This document shows, piece by piece, positions 49,774 through 59,796 of a stretch of DNA of 64,000 nt. Origin of the DNA: an uncultured Candidatus Saccharibacteria bacterium (GTDB lineage Bacteria > Patescibacteriota > Minisyncoccia > Phycocordibacterales > PALSA-1337). The stretch covers positions 557-64,556 of the forward strand of contig CAYOTK010000006.1 in NCBI GenBank assembly GCA_964406895.1, given 5' to 3'. The position numbers and the translations under genes were made by a program. Positions within the stretch are counted from its first letter, which is position 1, and every line of letters starts with the position of its first letter. The notes under the pieces were generated by a model that saw only the letters and a list, made by a program, of their open reading frames with translations, ran no database searches and was not told the DNA's origin.

Positions 49774-51918
49774 TTATTTCCTCTTCTCAATAATCTCCTG
49801 TGCGACATTGGCAGGAACAACCTCATAATGATCGAATTCCATCATAGCACTACCCTGTCCAGAAGTCATAGAGCGAAGTTGTGTAGTGTATCCGAACATT
49901 TCTGATAGAGGAACAGTAGCGCGAATAGAGAGTACTTGGCCTTTTGGTTCTGAACCTTCGACTTGACCCCTCTTGGCTGCAATCGAACCATTGATATCAC
50001 CCATATATTTCTCAGGAGCGACGACTTCGAGTTTCATTATAGGCTCAAGAATAACAGGTTTTGCCCTCTTGGCTGCTTCTTGGAAAGCCTGTGAAGCAGC
50101 AATCTTGTAAGCAATTTCTGATGAGTCAACATCGTGATATGAACCATATGTCAATTCACAGGAAACATTTACCATCTTGAATCCAGCAACAATACCGCGA
50201 TCCATGGCTTCATGTACGCCCTTTTCGACGGCAGGAATGAATTCGTTAGGAATAACACCTCCCTTGATAGAGTTGACGAATTCGAAATCATCATAACGCT
50301 TGACGTTCTTGGGGATTTTCTCGCCTTCAACGAGTTTTTCCATAGGTTTGATATTGATCTTAACGTGACCGTATTGACCCTTACCACCTGTCTGTTTGAT
50401 ATATTTGTGTTCAGCCTCTGCAGTGCCAAGAATAGTTTCGCGGTATGCTACTTGAGGTTCACCAACATTGGCCTCAACACTGAACTCTCTCTTCATACGA
50501 TCAACCATGATTTCGAGGTGAAGCTCTCCCATACCAGAAATTATAGTTTCGCCTGTTTCTTGGTTTGAAGAAATCTTGAAAGTAGGATCTTCGTTGGCAA
50601 GTTTGCGCAAAGCCATACCCATTTTCTCCTGATCAGCTTTTGTTTTTGGCTCAATTCTAAGAGAGACGACAGGCTCAACGAACTTGATAGCTTCTAGGAC
50701 TATAGGATTGGTCTCATCACAGAATGTGTGAGATGTAAGAGCATCCTTGAGGCCTACAGCGGCAGCGATTTCTCCGGCATAGACCTTCTTGACCTCTTCT
50801 CTTTCATTGGCCTGAAGTCTAACAATACGACCGAGGCGTTCTTTCTTGCCTGTAGTTGAGTTGTAAATATAAGTTCCTGCCTCAATAGTACCTGAATAAA
50901 CTCTGAAGAATGTTAGCTGTCCAACGAATGGATCGTTCTGGAGTTTGAAAGCAAGAGCAGCAAAAGGCTCAGCGTCAGAAGCGTGTCGCACTACTTCCTC
51001 ACCAGTGTTTGGGTTGATACCTTTGACAGGAGGCATATCTATAGGGGAAGGAAGATAATCAACGACAGCATCGAGTACTAGCTGAACACCCTTATTCTTC
51101 AAGGCAGAACCGGTGAAGACTGGGAAAATCTTACATGAAATGACTGATTTTCTAACAACTTTCTTCAACTCATCAATAGAAATCTCTTTACCTTCCAAGT
51201 ATTGAGACATGAGAACATCATCGTGCTCCACTATCTTTTCTATCATATTAGCGCGATGTTTCTTGGCATCTTCGAGCAATTCTGCAGGAATGTCTTTCTC
51301 AATAACTTTTTCACCCATTTGGCCTTCAAAATAATAAGCCTTCATCCTCATCAAATCTACAACTCCAGAATGTTCACCTTCCAAACCTATAGGAATCTGG
51401 AATGGCACGGCGTTTTTGTTTAGTCTTTCTAGTATGGACTTGAATGACTTGTCAAAAGAAGCACCCATTCTATCCATTTTGTTGATGAAACAGAGTCTAG
51501 GAACATTACCCTCATCTGCATAACGCCAATTGGTCTCTGATTGAGGCTCTACACCTGCTACACCGTCGAAAACAACCACCGCTCCATCGAGCACTCTTAG
51601 AGATCTTTTTACCTCGGCTGTGAAATCGATGTGTCCTGGCGTATCAATAATATTGAAGCGAACTTTCTTTGAAGTATCAGAAACTGGCATGTATGTAGGA
51701 TTCCAGAAACATGTGATGGCAGCGGCTGTAATAGTAATACCCCTCTCTCTTTCCTGTTCCATCCAATCTGTGACTGTTTCTCCTTCATGCACCTCACCAA
51801 TCTTGTGAGTCATGCCTGTATAGAAAAGCACTCTTTCACTAGTTGTGGTTTTTCCGGCATCGATGTGTGCGATGATTCCGAAATTTCTAACTCTTTCCAA
51901 TGGGTAATCTCTGTTCAT
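49774..51918 (-). CDS. fusA: elongation factor G
   Basis: [20 protein letters not shown] and GMGELHLE motifs. Confidence 0.98.
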   Translation of the reverse strand: MNRDYPLERVRNFGIIAHIDAGKTTTSERVLFYTGMTHKIGEVHEGETVTDWMEQERERGITITAAAITCFWNPTYMPVSDTSKKVRFNIIDTPGHIDFTAEVKRSLRVLDGAVVVFDGVAGVEPQSETNWRYADEGNVPRLCFINKMDRMGASFDKSFKSILERLNKNAVPFQIPIGLEGEHSGVVDLMRMKAYYFEGQMGEKVIEKDIPAELLEDAKKHRANMIEKIVEHDDVLMSQYLEGKEISIDELKKVVRKSVISCKIFPVFTGSALKNKGVQLVLDAVVDYLPSPIDMPPVKGINPNTGEEVVRHASDAEPFAALAFKLQNDPFVGQLTFFRVYSGTIEAGTYIYNSTTGKKERLGRIVRLQANEREEVKKVYAGEIAAAVGLKDALTSHTFCDETNPIVLEAIKFVEPVVSLRIEPKTKADQEKMGMALRKLANEDPTFKISSNQETGETIISGMGELHLEIMVDRMKREFSVEANVGEPQVAYRETILGTAEAEHKYIKQTGGKGQYGHVKINIKPMEKLVEGEKIPKNVKRYDDFEFVNSIKGGVIPNEFIPAVEKGVHEAMDRGIVAGFKMVNVSCELTYGSYHDVDSSEIAYKIAASQAFQEAAKRAKPVILEPIMKLEVVAPEKYMGDINGSIAAKRGQVEGSEPKGQVLSIRATVPLSEMFGYTTQLRSMTSGQGSAMMEFDHYEVVPANVAQEIIEKRK

Positions 51919-52003
51919 ATAATAATAAGTAAATAATAAAAAGCACTAGGCCTTGTTGCGTATAAGATACAGCAAAGTCGCTTATTTAGCAATACGATAC
52001 TTG

Positions 52004-52915
52004 CTATTTGGATATATAGAGAGATGAGTTAACAGTAGATCCTTGAATTTGATCGGAGCTATTGAAAGCTTGAAGTACAATTGTTGCTTGCCTTGGTGTA
52101 GCTGTTGGCTCAGAATTTACGTAACCCACGATATAATTTTTCACTCCTCCTGATGACACAATCTTTTCCTTTGAACCACAAGCATCTCCTGAAGTTATTG
52201 GGTTACCACTTGAATCATATTTATAGGCCTTAATATTGGTATCGCATTTAATTTCTAGAGTGAAATACGAAATCGGGAATGAATAATTGATAGAATATGT
52301 AACCTTCTTTCCAGCAACACCTGACAATGTTGTTGCTGTTGAATTTGAAGATACTGTTGGTTTTAGAACCGTGGTCGCGCCGAACATCCCAAATGTATTG
52401 GTCGTAGGAACGGTACTTGTATTACCCACAGTTGTATTAGATGTAGAATTCGTAGCAGTATTTGTAGATGAGTTGGTCGACGTGTTAGTCGTTGTATTTG
52501 TGGTCGTATTTGTATTTGTATTCGAAGTGGTATTGGTGGTTGATGCTTTTATTTGGACCGGTGGGACCTGCACAGGAGGTAAACTAGTAGTAATAGTCGT
52601 AGTAGCCTTTATGGTAGGAGGAATTACTGGTGGTATTTCAATAGGAATAATTTTTACTTGCGTCGTTGTTGATGTTGTGGCCACAGTGCCGTCTTTTTTT
52701 AGGGAACTTAATAATTTCAATAATTGCTCCCTTCGTGCTTTCAATATCTTCAATTTGTTTTCACTGTTCAATCTCTTCTCTTTCAAATATTGTAATCTCT
52801 CCGAGGTAGTACTAGCTGTACCACTAACACTTTTTACTGATGATATGAACGAGAATATGACACCGAGAATCAACAGCAATCCTATTTGATAAAGTAGGCG
52901 TCTATGATTTTTCAT
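52004..52915 (-). CDS. secreted Thr/Asn-rich hypothetical protein
   Basis: Signal-like N terminus, coiled coil and a long T/N/S tract. Confidence 0.75.
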   Translation of the reverse strand: MKNHRRLLYQIGLLLILGVIFSFISSVKSVSGTASTTSERLQYLKEKRLNSENKLKILKARREQLLKLLSSLKKDGTVATTSTTTQVKIIPIEIPPVIPPTIKATTTITTSLPPVQVPPVQIKASTTNTTSNTNTNTTTNTTTNTSTNSSTNTATNSTSNTTVGNTSTVPTTNTFGMFGATTVLKPTVSSNSTATTLSGVAGKKVTYSINYSFPISYFTLEIKCDTNIKAYKYDSSGNPITSGDACGSKEKIVSSGGVKNYIVGYVNSEPTATPRQATIVLQAFNSSDQIQGSTVNSSLYISK

Positions 52916-52971
52916 AGTAATAGTTTAATAATTAATTATACTAATAATAGCACCTATACATAAAAATATAA

Positions 52972-53010
52972 ACAAAAAACGCTCATCGATATACTTTGAG
53001 CGTTTTTTGT
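52972..53010 (-). terminator. terminator after rpsG
   Basis: ACAAAAAACGCTCA/TGAGCGTTTTTTGT stem. Confidence 0.75.
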
Positions 53011-53029
53011 TTTTGAATTTTGAGCGTTT

Positions 53030-53500
53030 TTACCAGGCAAAGTGAGCGAAGGCTTTGTTTGCTTCGGCCATTTTGTGGACATTTTCTCGCTTCTTGACTG
53101 CTTCACCTTCATTCTTAGATGCTGATATGATCTCGTCTGCTAGTTTATCAGCAATAGGCTTGCCTTTCTTCGAGCGAGCGGCCTCTATGATCCATTTCAT
53201 GGACAAAGACTGTTTACGTTCTGGACGGACTTCTCTTGGAACTTGATAGTTGGCACCACCCACTCTTCTTGAACGAACTTCCATAGCGGGTGTTGTATTC
53301 TTCAAGGCCAATTCGAATACTTCAAGAGGATTTTCGACTTTGGCTATCTCTTTTATTTTATTCATGCAATCGAAGACAATATTTCTGGCAACATTCTTCT
53401 TGCCCTCTTCCATGACATAGTTAATAAACTTAGATATTTTGAGTGAGTTATATACCAAATCAGGCTTCAATTCTCTCTTTATTTTTATTTTTCTTCTCAT
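53030..53500 (-). CDS. rpsG: 30S ribosomal protein S7
   Basis: [11 protein letters not shown] and [12 protein letters not shown] motifs. Confidence 0.98.
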   Translation of the reverse strand: MRRKIKIKRELKPDLVYNSLKISKFINYVMEEGKKNVARNIVFDCMNKIKEIAKVENPLEVFELALKNTTPAMEVRSRRVGGANYQVPREVRPERKQSLSMKWIIEAARSKKGKPIADKLADEIISASKNEGEAVKKRENVHKMAEANKAFAHFAW

Positions 53501-53513
53501 TGTATTTTATTTA

Positions 53514-53936
53514 TTAACTATTCTTATTTTCTTTTGGCCTTTTATTGCCGTACTGACTTCGACCTTTTCTGCGCTTCTCTACTCCTGCACAGTCAAGCAC
53601 ACCACGAACCACTGAATAACGTAGACCTACGTCCTTCACACGACCACCTTTGAGCAAAACAACTGAGTGTTCCTGTAGATTGTGTCCTTCTCCTGGAACA
53701 TATGCTGTAACTTCAACACCGTTAGTCAAACGTACGCGAGCGATCTTACGAATAGCTGAGTTAGGCTTTTTTGGAGTCTTAGTTGTTACCTTGACGCAAA
53801 CACCTCTTTTGAAAGGTGCGGGAAAGAAACTAGGACGATTTTCAATTGTGTTGAAAGTACGGGTCAAAGCGATGGACTTTGATTTCCTTTTGAAACTTAC
53901 TCTATTCGACTTTGTTAGTTGATTTATTGTAGGCAC
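53514..53936 (-). CDS. rpsL: 30S ribosomal protein S12 (GTG start)
   Basis: [17 protein letters not shown] and GHNLQEHS motifs. Confidence 0.98.
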   Translation of the reverse strand: MPTINQLTKSNRVSFKRKSKSIALTRTFNTIENRPSFFPAPFKRGVCVKVTTKTPKKPNSAIRKIARVRLTNGVEVTAYVPGEGHNLQEHSVVLLKGGRVKDVGLRYSVVRGVLDCAGVEKRRKGRSQYGNKRPKENKNS

Positions 53937-54120
53937 GGGCTTTATTATTGATTATTTTATAATTATTAATAATTTCCAAGATTGAATTCTTCACAATGTC
54001 TGATATGAGAATCCATATATTATATGGAGTATCAGGCAAAGTTACTCAACCTTGAAGAAACGAACCAATCCTTATTCAGGATTGCAATTGACATTAACAC
54101 AATAGTCCTCAATTAGCAAA

Positions 54121-54732
54121 TTACATGAAACCCACGCCAGTAATAAGGTGGAATAAGAAAGGAATGATAGGCGAAATGATCTGCCACAAGAAGAATACTA
54201 CGACTAGAATAAATATTGTTGAGTATTTTTCGAGCACCATGCGGAATCGACCGTATTGATGTGGGAGTATAGAAAATAGTATTTTAGAACCATCGAGCGG
54301 AGGAAGAGGTATTAGATTGAAAATTGTAAGGACTATATTGATAACAACAATATATGAACAGACAATTACAAAAGCACTAAGTGCACTAGTATCGATATTT
54401 GATAATCTTATAATAACTCCGAAAACCAAAGCCAATATAAGATTGGACATAGGGCCAGCTAGCGATATCAAGAATTCACCCATACGCATATTCTTCAAAT
54501 TATAAGGATTATATGGCACGGGTTTGGCCCAACCAAAAGTAAAACCGGCCAATGACGTTATAAGAGGGATAATAATTGAACCAACCGGATCCAAATGTTT
54601 CAATGGGTTCAAGGATAATCTACCCTGTTTCCTAGCTGTTGGATCACCTAGAATATCTGCCATATAACCATGAGAAACCTCATGGATAACAACGGACATA
54701 ATCAATATAATTATTGTAAGAATAGTAAACAT
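54121..54732 (-). CDS. site-2 protease family (M50) peptidase
   Basis: HEVSH, AGP.SN and NLIPLPPLDG motifs. Confidence 0.93.
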   Translation of the reverse strand: MFTILTIIILIMSVVIHEVSHGYMADILGDPTARKQGRLSLNPLKHLDPVGSIIIPLITSLAGFTFGWAKPVPYNPYNLKNMRMGEFLISLAGPMSNLILALVFGVIIRLSNIDTSALSAFVIVCSYIVVINIVLTIFNLIPLPPLDGSKILFSILPHQYGRFRMVLEKYSTIFILVVVFFLWQIISPIIPFLFHLITGVGFM

Positions 54733-54777
54733 TTGATTTTTCCTGATACTATGCTAGTATACCCCCTACAAACTTCA

Positions 54778-55020
54778 ATGGCAAAAATTTGTCCAATAAC
54801 AAAGAAAACATCGGTAGTTGGAGGAAGATATTCCAACCGTACTCGCGCAACCCAGTTCAACCCATCTGGTCTCATTCGACGTTATCCAAATCTTCAGAAA
54901 AAGCGCATTTACATTCCTGAAATCAAAAAGTCTATCTCTATTCGCATATCAACAAGAGGTCTTCGTACAATACAGAAGAACGGCGCATACCAAACACTCA
55001 AGAAAGCGGGCGTGATATAA
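54778..55020 (+). CDS. rpmB: 50S ribosomal protein L28
   Basis: MAKICPIT.K, PNLQKKR and STRGLRTI motifs; start at ATG 54778. Confidence 0.92.
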   Translation: MAKICPITKKTSVVGGRYSNRTRATQFNPSGLIRRYPNLQKKRIYIPEIKKSISIRISTRGLRTIQKNGAYQTLKKAGVI

Positions 55021-55052
55021 AGCCTCTATTCCCTCCACCTGCCAGAAGCAGG

Positions 55053-55568
55053 TTATTTTTTTGTCTTTTTTCTAGTATTTAGTTTCTCTGTATTGTCTTT
55101 TGCCTGTTTAACCAACCAAGAACTAGACTGAACCTTACCACCATGACCAATTTCATTTACGATCAAACAACCAATTTCTTCACAAACTGGTGTCTCAGGT
55201 ATATTACCACTGTGTCTATCGCCACCCTTGGCAAAAATATTTGGTCTAATTTTCTTTAATTCTTCACATATACTTATGTCTTTTGTATTTTCTTGGTGGA
55301 AAGACATGATAACTTCATCGACAGCCCTGAATGATTCTATTATTTCTTTTCTTTCTTCTTGATCCATGAATACATATCCTTTTTTCAAACGTAGCCAATT
55401 ATCATTGTTAAGAATGACTATCAATTTGTCACCCAATCTTTTGGCTTCATTGAACATCCTTACATGTCCTTTGTGAACAGGATCAAAGCCACCACTGACT
55501 GCTACTATAATCTCTTTTTTCTTATCAGCATTCTTCTTGTTTTTCAATTTAAGTTTTTTTATTTTCAT
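55053..55568 (-). CDS. cytidylyl/adenylyltransferase family protein (TagD/RfaE-like)
   Basis: SGGFDPVHKGH (HxGH), KGGDR and SSS motifs. Confidence 0.9.
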   Translation of the reverse strand: MKIKKLKLKNKKNADKKKEIIVAVSGGFDPVHKGHVRMFNEAKRLGDKLIVILNNDNWLRLKKGYVFMDQEERKEIIESFRAVDEVIMSFHQENTKDISICEELKKIRPNIFAKGGDRHSGNIPETPVCEEIGCLIVNEIGHGGKVQSSSWLVKQAKDNTEKLNTRKKTKK

Positions 55569-55629
55569 GGTTTTATATAAATATTATTTCATGTTCAGAT
55601 TTGAATTGAAAGAGCCCATTGTGTTCAGC

Positions 55630-56490
55630 TCATATTCTGTGCACACCAATATCGCCATCACTAATATCCATAAAAATAGAACCTGTTTCTTTTATATTAT
55701 AAGCGTCTTTGAAGATTCCACCTTTTGCTTGCGAATATATGATTATTTTGTGATTCAATGTATCTAGTAATCTCTCGTCCGTGTTTGATTTTGATAAGCC
55801 ATGTGGAATAATCAGTGCATTAGTTGAGGTTGCAAAATTTGATACAAGAAATGTATCTGATAGTAAATATTTTTGTATTTTTTTTGACACGTTACCGAGA
55901 ATTAAAAAATTAAAATCCTTGTAAGATACGACTAGCACCAATTCTGGCGAACTGGATTTTGAATATTTAAAGTCGGTGAATTGAACAGGAAAAAGAACTT
56001 CTATCTTTGTATTTTCATCTAGTTTGATCACATCCCCTTTTATTAATTCTTGTACATATGTCTTCCTCGCTTTTAATTTGTGAATATAAGTATCATAAAT
56101 TTTGCTAGAAGTTGTAGAGAGATTGAGATTGTGAGAATTTATTTTTTGCAAATATGCTCGGTCAACCTTATACCGATCGACGACACTTATAAGCCCTGTA
56201 ATATTTTTGTCTTCTTCATTGGTAGAGATGATCGTATCAATATGTCGCGAATAAAACGGTATGACTTTTGTTATCTTCCTTATAATCTCAGAATTACCTC
56301 CCCCATTAATCAATATTCTTTTACCGCCAGAAGTCTGTAGGAAAACAGCAATATTATTTTTTAATTCGAAAACATAGAGATGGAAGTTTCGAGAACGCGC
56401 ATCTATTCGTATCAAATATATTGTGATCAAAACCAAAAAAAGAAAAATGGATATCGATAAATATATTCTTTTGTTCATAACAAATTTCAT
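55630..56490 (-). CDS. ComEC-associated metallo-beta-lactamase-fold protein, metal ligands degenerate
   Basis: N-terminal TM, ..GKRILINGG, ..PFYSRHID, SLVL-like strand and C-terminal E.GSI; HxDxDH replaced by NEEDKN. Confidence 0.72.
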   Translation of the reverse strand: MKFVMNKRIYLSISIFLFLVLITIYLIRIDARSRNFHLYVFELKNNIAVFLQTSGGKRILINGGGNSEIIRKITKVIPFYSRHIDTIISTNEEDKNITGLISVVDRYKVDRAYLQKINSHNLNLSTTSSKIYDTYIHKLKARKTYVQELIKGDVIKLDENTKIEVLFPVQFTDFKYSKSSSPELVLVVSYKDFNFLILGNVSKKIQKYLLSDTFLVSNFATSTNALIIPHGLSKSNTDERLLDTLNHKIIIYSQAKGGIFKDAYNIKETGSIFMDISDGDIGVHRI

Positions 56491-56513
56491 TATTTCAATT
56501 TAGCATTTTGTGC

Positions 56514-56557
56514 TAAAGATTAATTAAAGAAATTTTAAAGATTTAATCAAGATTTTA
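56514..56557. promoter_or_regulatory. 4 x 11-bp tandem array (TAAAGATTTWA-like) upstream of the MBL gene
   Basis: taaagattaat taaagaaattt taaagatttaa tcaagatttta. Confidence 0.65.
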
Positions 56558-56605
56558 TGAAAATATTGAGGTATAATGATTGTAATTATTAGTAAATCAA
56601 AATTC

Positions 56606-57202
56606 ATGAAATCATTTATTGAAGCAAAATTCGACATTCCTGATTTGAAGGGTATATCAAAAAATACGATAGAAGAACACCTAAAGTTATATTCTGGCTA
56701 CGTGAAACACGCCAATCTGATTCTTGAACAAATAGAAGAACTTAGGAAACAAGGCCCGACTATATCTCCAGGCGCAACCTATACTATCAATGAATTACAA
56801 AGAAGATTCAGCTTCGAATTCAACGGCATGGTCAATCATCAATACTATTTCAATGCTTTTGTTGGTGGTCCCAAACCAATCAATCAAGATGGAAGATTAA
56901 TCAAAAATATTTCAGAAGAATGGGGTTCATTCGAAAATTGGCTCACTGCTTTCAAAGCAATGGCGCTTACGCGTGGCATCGGCTGGGCCATGCTCTATTA
57001 TGATCCAACGACCAAGCGCCTTATCGATTCATGGGTCGATGAACAACACTTAGGTCAACTCAACGGTTGCAAAACGATTCTAGCGCTCGATATGTGGGAG
57101 CATTCTTTCGTCGCTGACTACAAACCATCTGGTAAGAAAAATTACGTTGAAGATTTTTTCGCCAATTTGAATTGGGAGATTATTGAGGGAAATTACAATT
57201 AA
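56606..57202 (+). CDS. Fe/Mn superoxide dismutase family protein
   Basis: EEH..LY.GYV, NG..NH..YF, GIGWA.L and LDMWEHSF motifs. Confidence 0.88.
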   Translation: MKSFIEAKFDIPDLKGISKNTIEEHLKLYSGYVKHANLILEQIEELRKQGPTISPGATYTINELQRRFSFEFNGMVNHQYYFNAFVGGPKPINQDGRLIKNISEEWGSFENWLTAFKAMALTRGIGWAMLYYDPTTKRLIDSWVDEQHLGQLNGCKTILALDMWEHSFVADYKPSGKKNYVEDFFANLNWEIIEGNYN

Positions 57203-57213
57203 TATTATTCGTA

Positions 57214-57814
57214 ATGACTGAAATAAAATTCAAAGCAAATTCTGATGTATTAAACCTTGGAGTAAAAATCATCACAGCTCTTGTAATGAATATAAAGAAT
57301 GAAGATTTAAACTCGGCATTTGAAGAATACAAAAAATCAGAACTTGCAATCTTAAAAGAAAAATTCGCAAATAAAAAATACAAGGACGATCCGATTTTAG
57401 AAGGATTTAGAGAATTACACACAAAAGTCGGTCGCAGCAATAGAGATTATTGATATATACAATTTAATATCATTGAAAACGGGTCTGGCTTTGGGAGCTC
57501 ATGATACAAATGGAATCAAAGCAAATATTACACTAAAAATTACAAACGGCTCAGAGAGCTTTATTCCTCTGGGCAAAAAGGATAAAACCGAAATATTTCC
57601 TGGAGAATATTGTTATGTTGATGACGATAATAATGTTATTTGTCGTATGGAAGTCCTACAAGTCGAGCCTACAAAAATTACAACTGAGACAGAAAATATA
57701 TTCTTAATTATTCAAGGAAACCGAAATACCGAACAATCATATGTGAATGAGACTGCCCAGATATTGTGCAATACAATTGTAAAATATTGCGGTGGAAGCT
57801 GTAAATTAATTTGA
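57214..57814 (+). pseudogene. stand-alone B3/B4 (PheT-like tRNA editing) domain gene, split by an apparent deletion/frameshift
   Basis: N half ends DPILEGFRELHTKVGRSNRDY; another frame resumes at ~57449 with IDIYNLISLKTGLALGAHD...GEYCYVDD. Confidence 0.75.
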
Positions 57815-57889
57815 CTTTGCAAGTTTTTTTCTTATAATAATATTATACCTTTTTGGTTTCGATCTTCTCTAAGAGTGGAAAATTTCGGG

Positions 57890-59773
57890 TCAGCCGCCAG
57901 CGTTCACTTTATGTGAATATGCGATGGAGGGATCGCCTTGATCATGCAAGGCCCCCGTCCTCCAGAGAAGATCAAAGCCTGAAAGGTATTTTTCGTCGGT
58001 GAAAAAAGAAGTTACGATCAAGAAATCATGTTTTGCTTTTACAGGAACGCGTTCCAAAACAACGGCCTGCAACCTGGCACGATCAGTAATTTTTTTAGAT
58101 AAAATAAATCTATTTTTATCATTACTTTTTCTAATTTCATCTGGTTTAATTGTGATTTTCTCGAGCGAAGCAAGGATCTTCTTACATACTTTCCCTTTTT
58201 CCAGAACATGATTAAGTGAATATTGAGTGAACACGGAAAAAGACCGTTCTTTATCATTTTTGCACACTTCAAAAACATAGGTTTTAAAGTAAACTGGGAT
58301 TATCTTATTTGTCTCATTTAACAAACCTAATTGAATCAACCATTTATAATTAAATAAAATAACATTGTTTCGAAATCCACCAAACTTTTCGAGTAATTTC
58401 TTTCGGTACAAAAACAAAATCGTAAAGACCGCGTAAAAACAGACAACATACCAGAATGAAAATTGCGAAACATGCGCTGAAGCAAATGGAATTCTGGCGA
58501 ACTTTTCGACCATAAAAAGTTCATATGAAAGCAAACCGTGCGCTATAAGACCGGTTGCATATGACAAAGTATAAGAAACATATCCAAGAATTCCTGTCAC
58601 AAAAACAAATAACATTGTCACAGGAATAAACGGCAGAACCAAAATATTCACGACCATACCAATAATAGATATCTGCCCCATCATATATAGAATGTATGGG
58701 GAAACGAAAATCTGAGTAGCAATAGTCGAGGCAACGATACCACGCATGCCGAATTTCTCTGGTATAAACAACAATTTTCCCTCTATGGGACTCGAGAGAA
58801 ACATAAGTCCCATAGTTGCCAAGAAAGAAAGTTGAAAAGATGGATCGTGCAACAGAATAAGCGGATTTTGGATGAGCATGATGAGCCCCGCAAAAGCCAA
58901 AGCGCGACCGACATTATAATCACGCCTGATCAAACTCGCCATAAGAGCGATACTAGCCATCACACACGACCTCACAACGGTTGCGCCACCACCGACTAGA
59001 ATTCCGAATGAAGCAATACCGACACCGCCAATTATTATTCCCCATATGCGAGGCAAGAACACGAGCATTCTTCTCATCGAATCAGCAACAATAGTGATGT
59101 TATAACCGGACAGAACAACAATATGTATCAATCCCACAGTCCTGAAATCATCTATGAGCTCTTTGCCCAAAGCGCTTTTTTCCCCCACCACGAGTCCAGC
59201 TGCCAGAGCTGCATGTGGTTCACCCAGTACATTTTCTAGATTTGAAACGAAGCCTCTTTTGAGAGAGTAAAGGGCGTATGGCACAGAATTTAACAATTTT
59301 ATAAACCATGAATGACTTGCATCAACTGAACTTGTTCCGTTTTCGTGGGATGAATTCCTATTACTCAATTCGAGCAGATCAATTCTTGCACTTTTCATTT
59401 CATAAAAAATATTATCTTTGGCAAGATAACCTTCATAATCGAAACTTCTACCATCATTGCTTCGAAAATTGAAAGGTTTAGATATTTTTCCAGCGAATTT
59501 GACCCTGTCTCCATATCTATATACAGGATAAAGTTTGGTTTTGACTCTTACCAATAATTCAGCACCGCAAATATCTAAGCTTTTTATGATGAAAACCTGA
59601 CCCGACTCTTTCCTTTCTGGCTCTTGTACTATCATACCCACGCTTTCAATATTCTTTTTCAAACAATCAGAAATATCTGGAGCACGAATTCTGGCTGAAG
59701 CAATCAATCTCATCAAAGCCAAACCAATGAAAATGCCCCAAAAGACATACGTACTCCTCGAATATTTGCTCAT
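57890..59773 (-). CDS. comEC: ComEC/Rec2 competence protein (OB + Competence domains) with an unusual C-terminal domain
   Basis: FDYEGYLAK, GLIHIVVLSGYNI, VVRS..MA and SFQLSFLAT motifs. Confidence 0.93.
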   Translation of the reverse strand: MSKYSRSTYVFWGIFIGLALMRLIASARIRAPDISDCLKKNIESVGMIVQEPERKESGQVFIIKSLDICGAELLVRVKTKLYPVYRYGDRVKFAGKISKPFNFRSNDGRSFDYEGYLAKDNIFYEMKSARIDLLELSNRNSSHENGTSSVDASHSWFIKLLNSVPYALYSLKRGFVSNLENVLGEPHAALAAGLVVGEKSALGKELIDDFRTVGLIHIVVLSGYNITIVADSMRRMLVFLPRIWGIIIGGVGIASFGILVGGGATVVRSCVMASIALMASLIRRDYNVGRALAFAGLIMLIQNPLILLHDPSFQLSFLATMGLMFLSSPIEGKLLFIPEKFGMRGIVASTIATQIFVSPYILYMMGQISIIGMVVNILVLPFIPVTMLFVFVTGILGYVSYTLSYATGLIAHGLLSYELFMVEKFARIPFASAHVSQFSFWYVVCFYAVFTILFLYRKKLLEKFGGFRNNVILFNYKWLIQLGLLNETNKIIPVYFKTYVFEVCKNDKERSFSVFTQYSLNHVLEKGKVCKKILASLEKITIKPDEIRKSNDKNRFILSKKITDRARLQAVVLERVPVKAKHDFLIVTSFFTDEKYLSGFDLLWRTGALHDQGDPSIAYSHKVNAGG

Positions 59774-59796
59774 CATCAAATCATACAGATCGATGA

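Noticed and set aside
52287-52889. 200-aa Val-rich + strand ORF
   Set aside because: It is the antisense shadow of the Thr-rich gene (ACN codons read as Val-rich on the opposite strand).
54670-54777. N-terminal extension of L28
   Set aside because: It overlaps the divergent M50 peptidase gene; L28 homology starts at ATG 54778.
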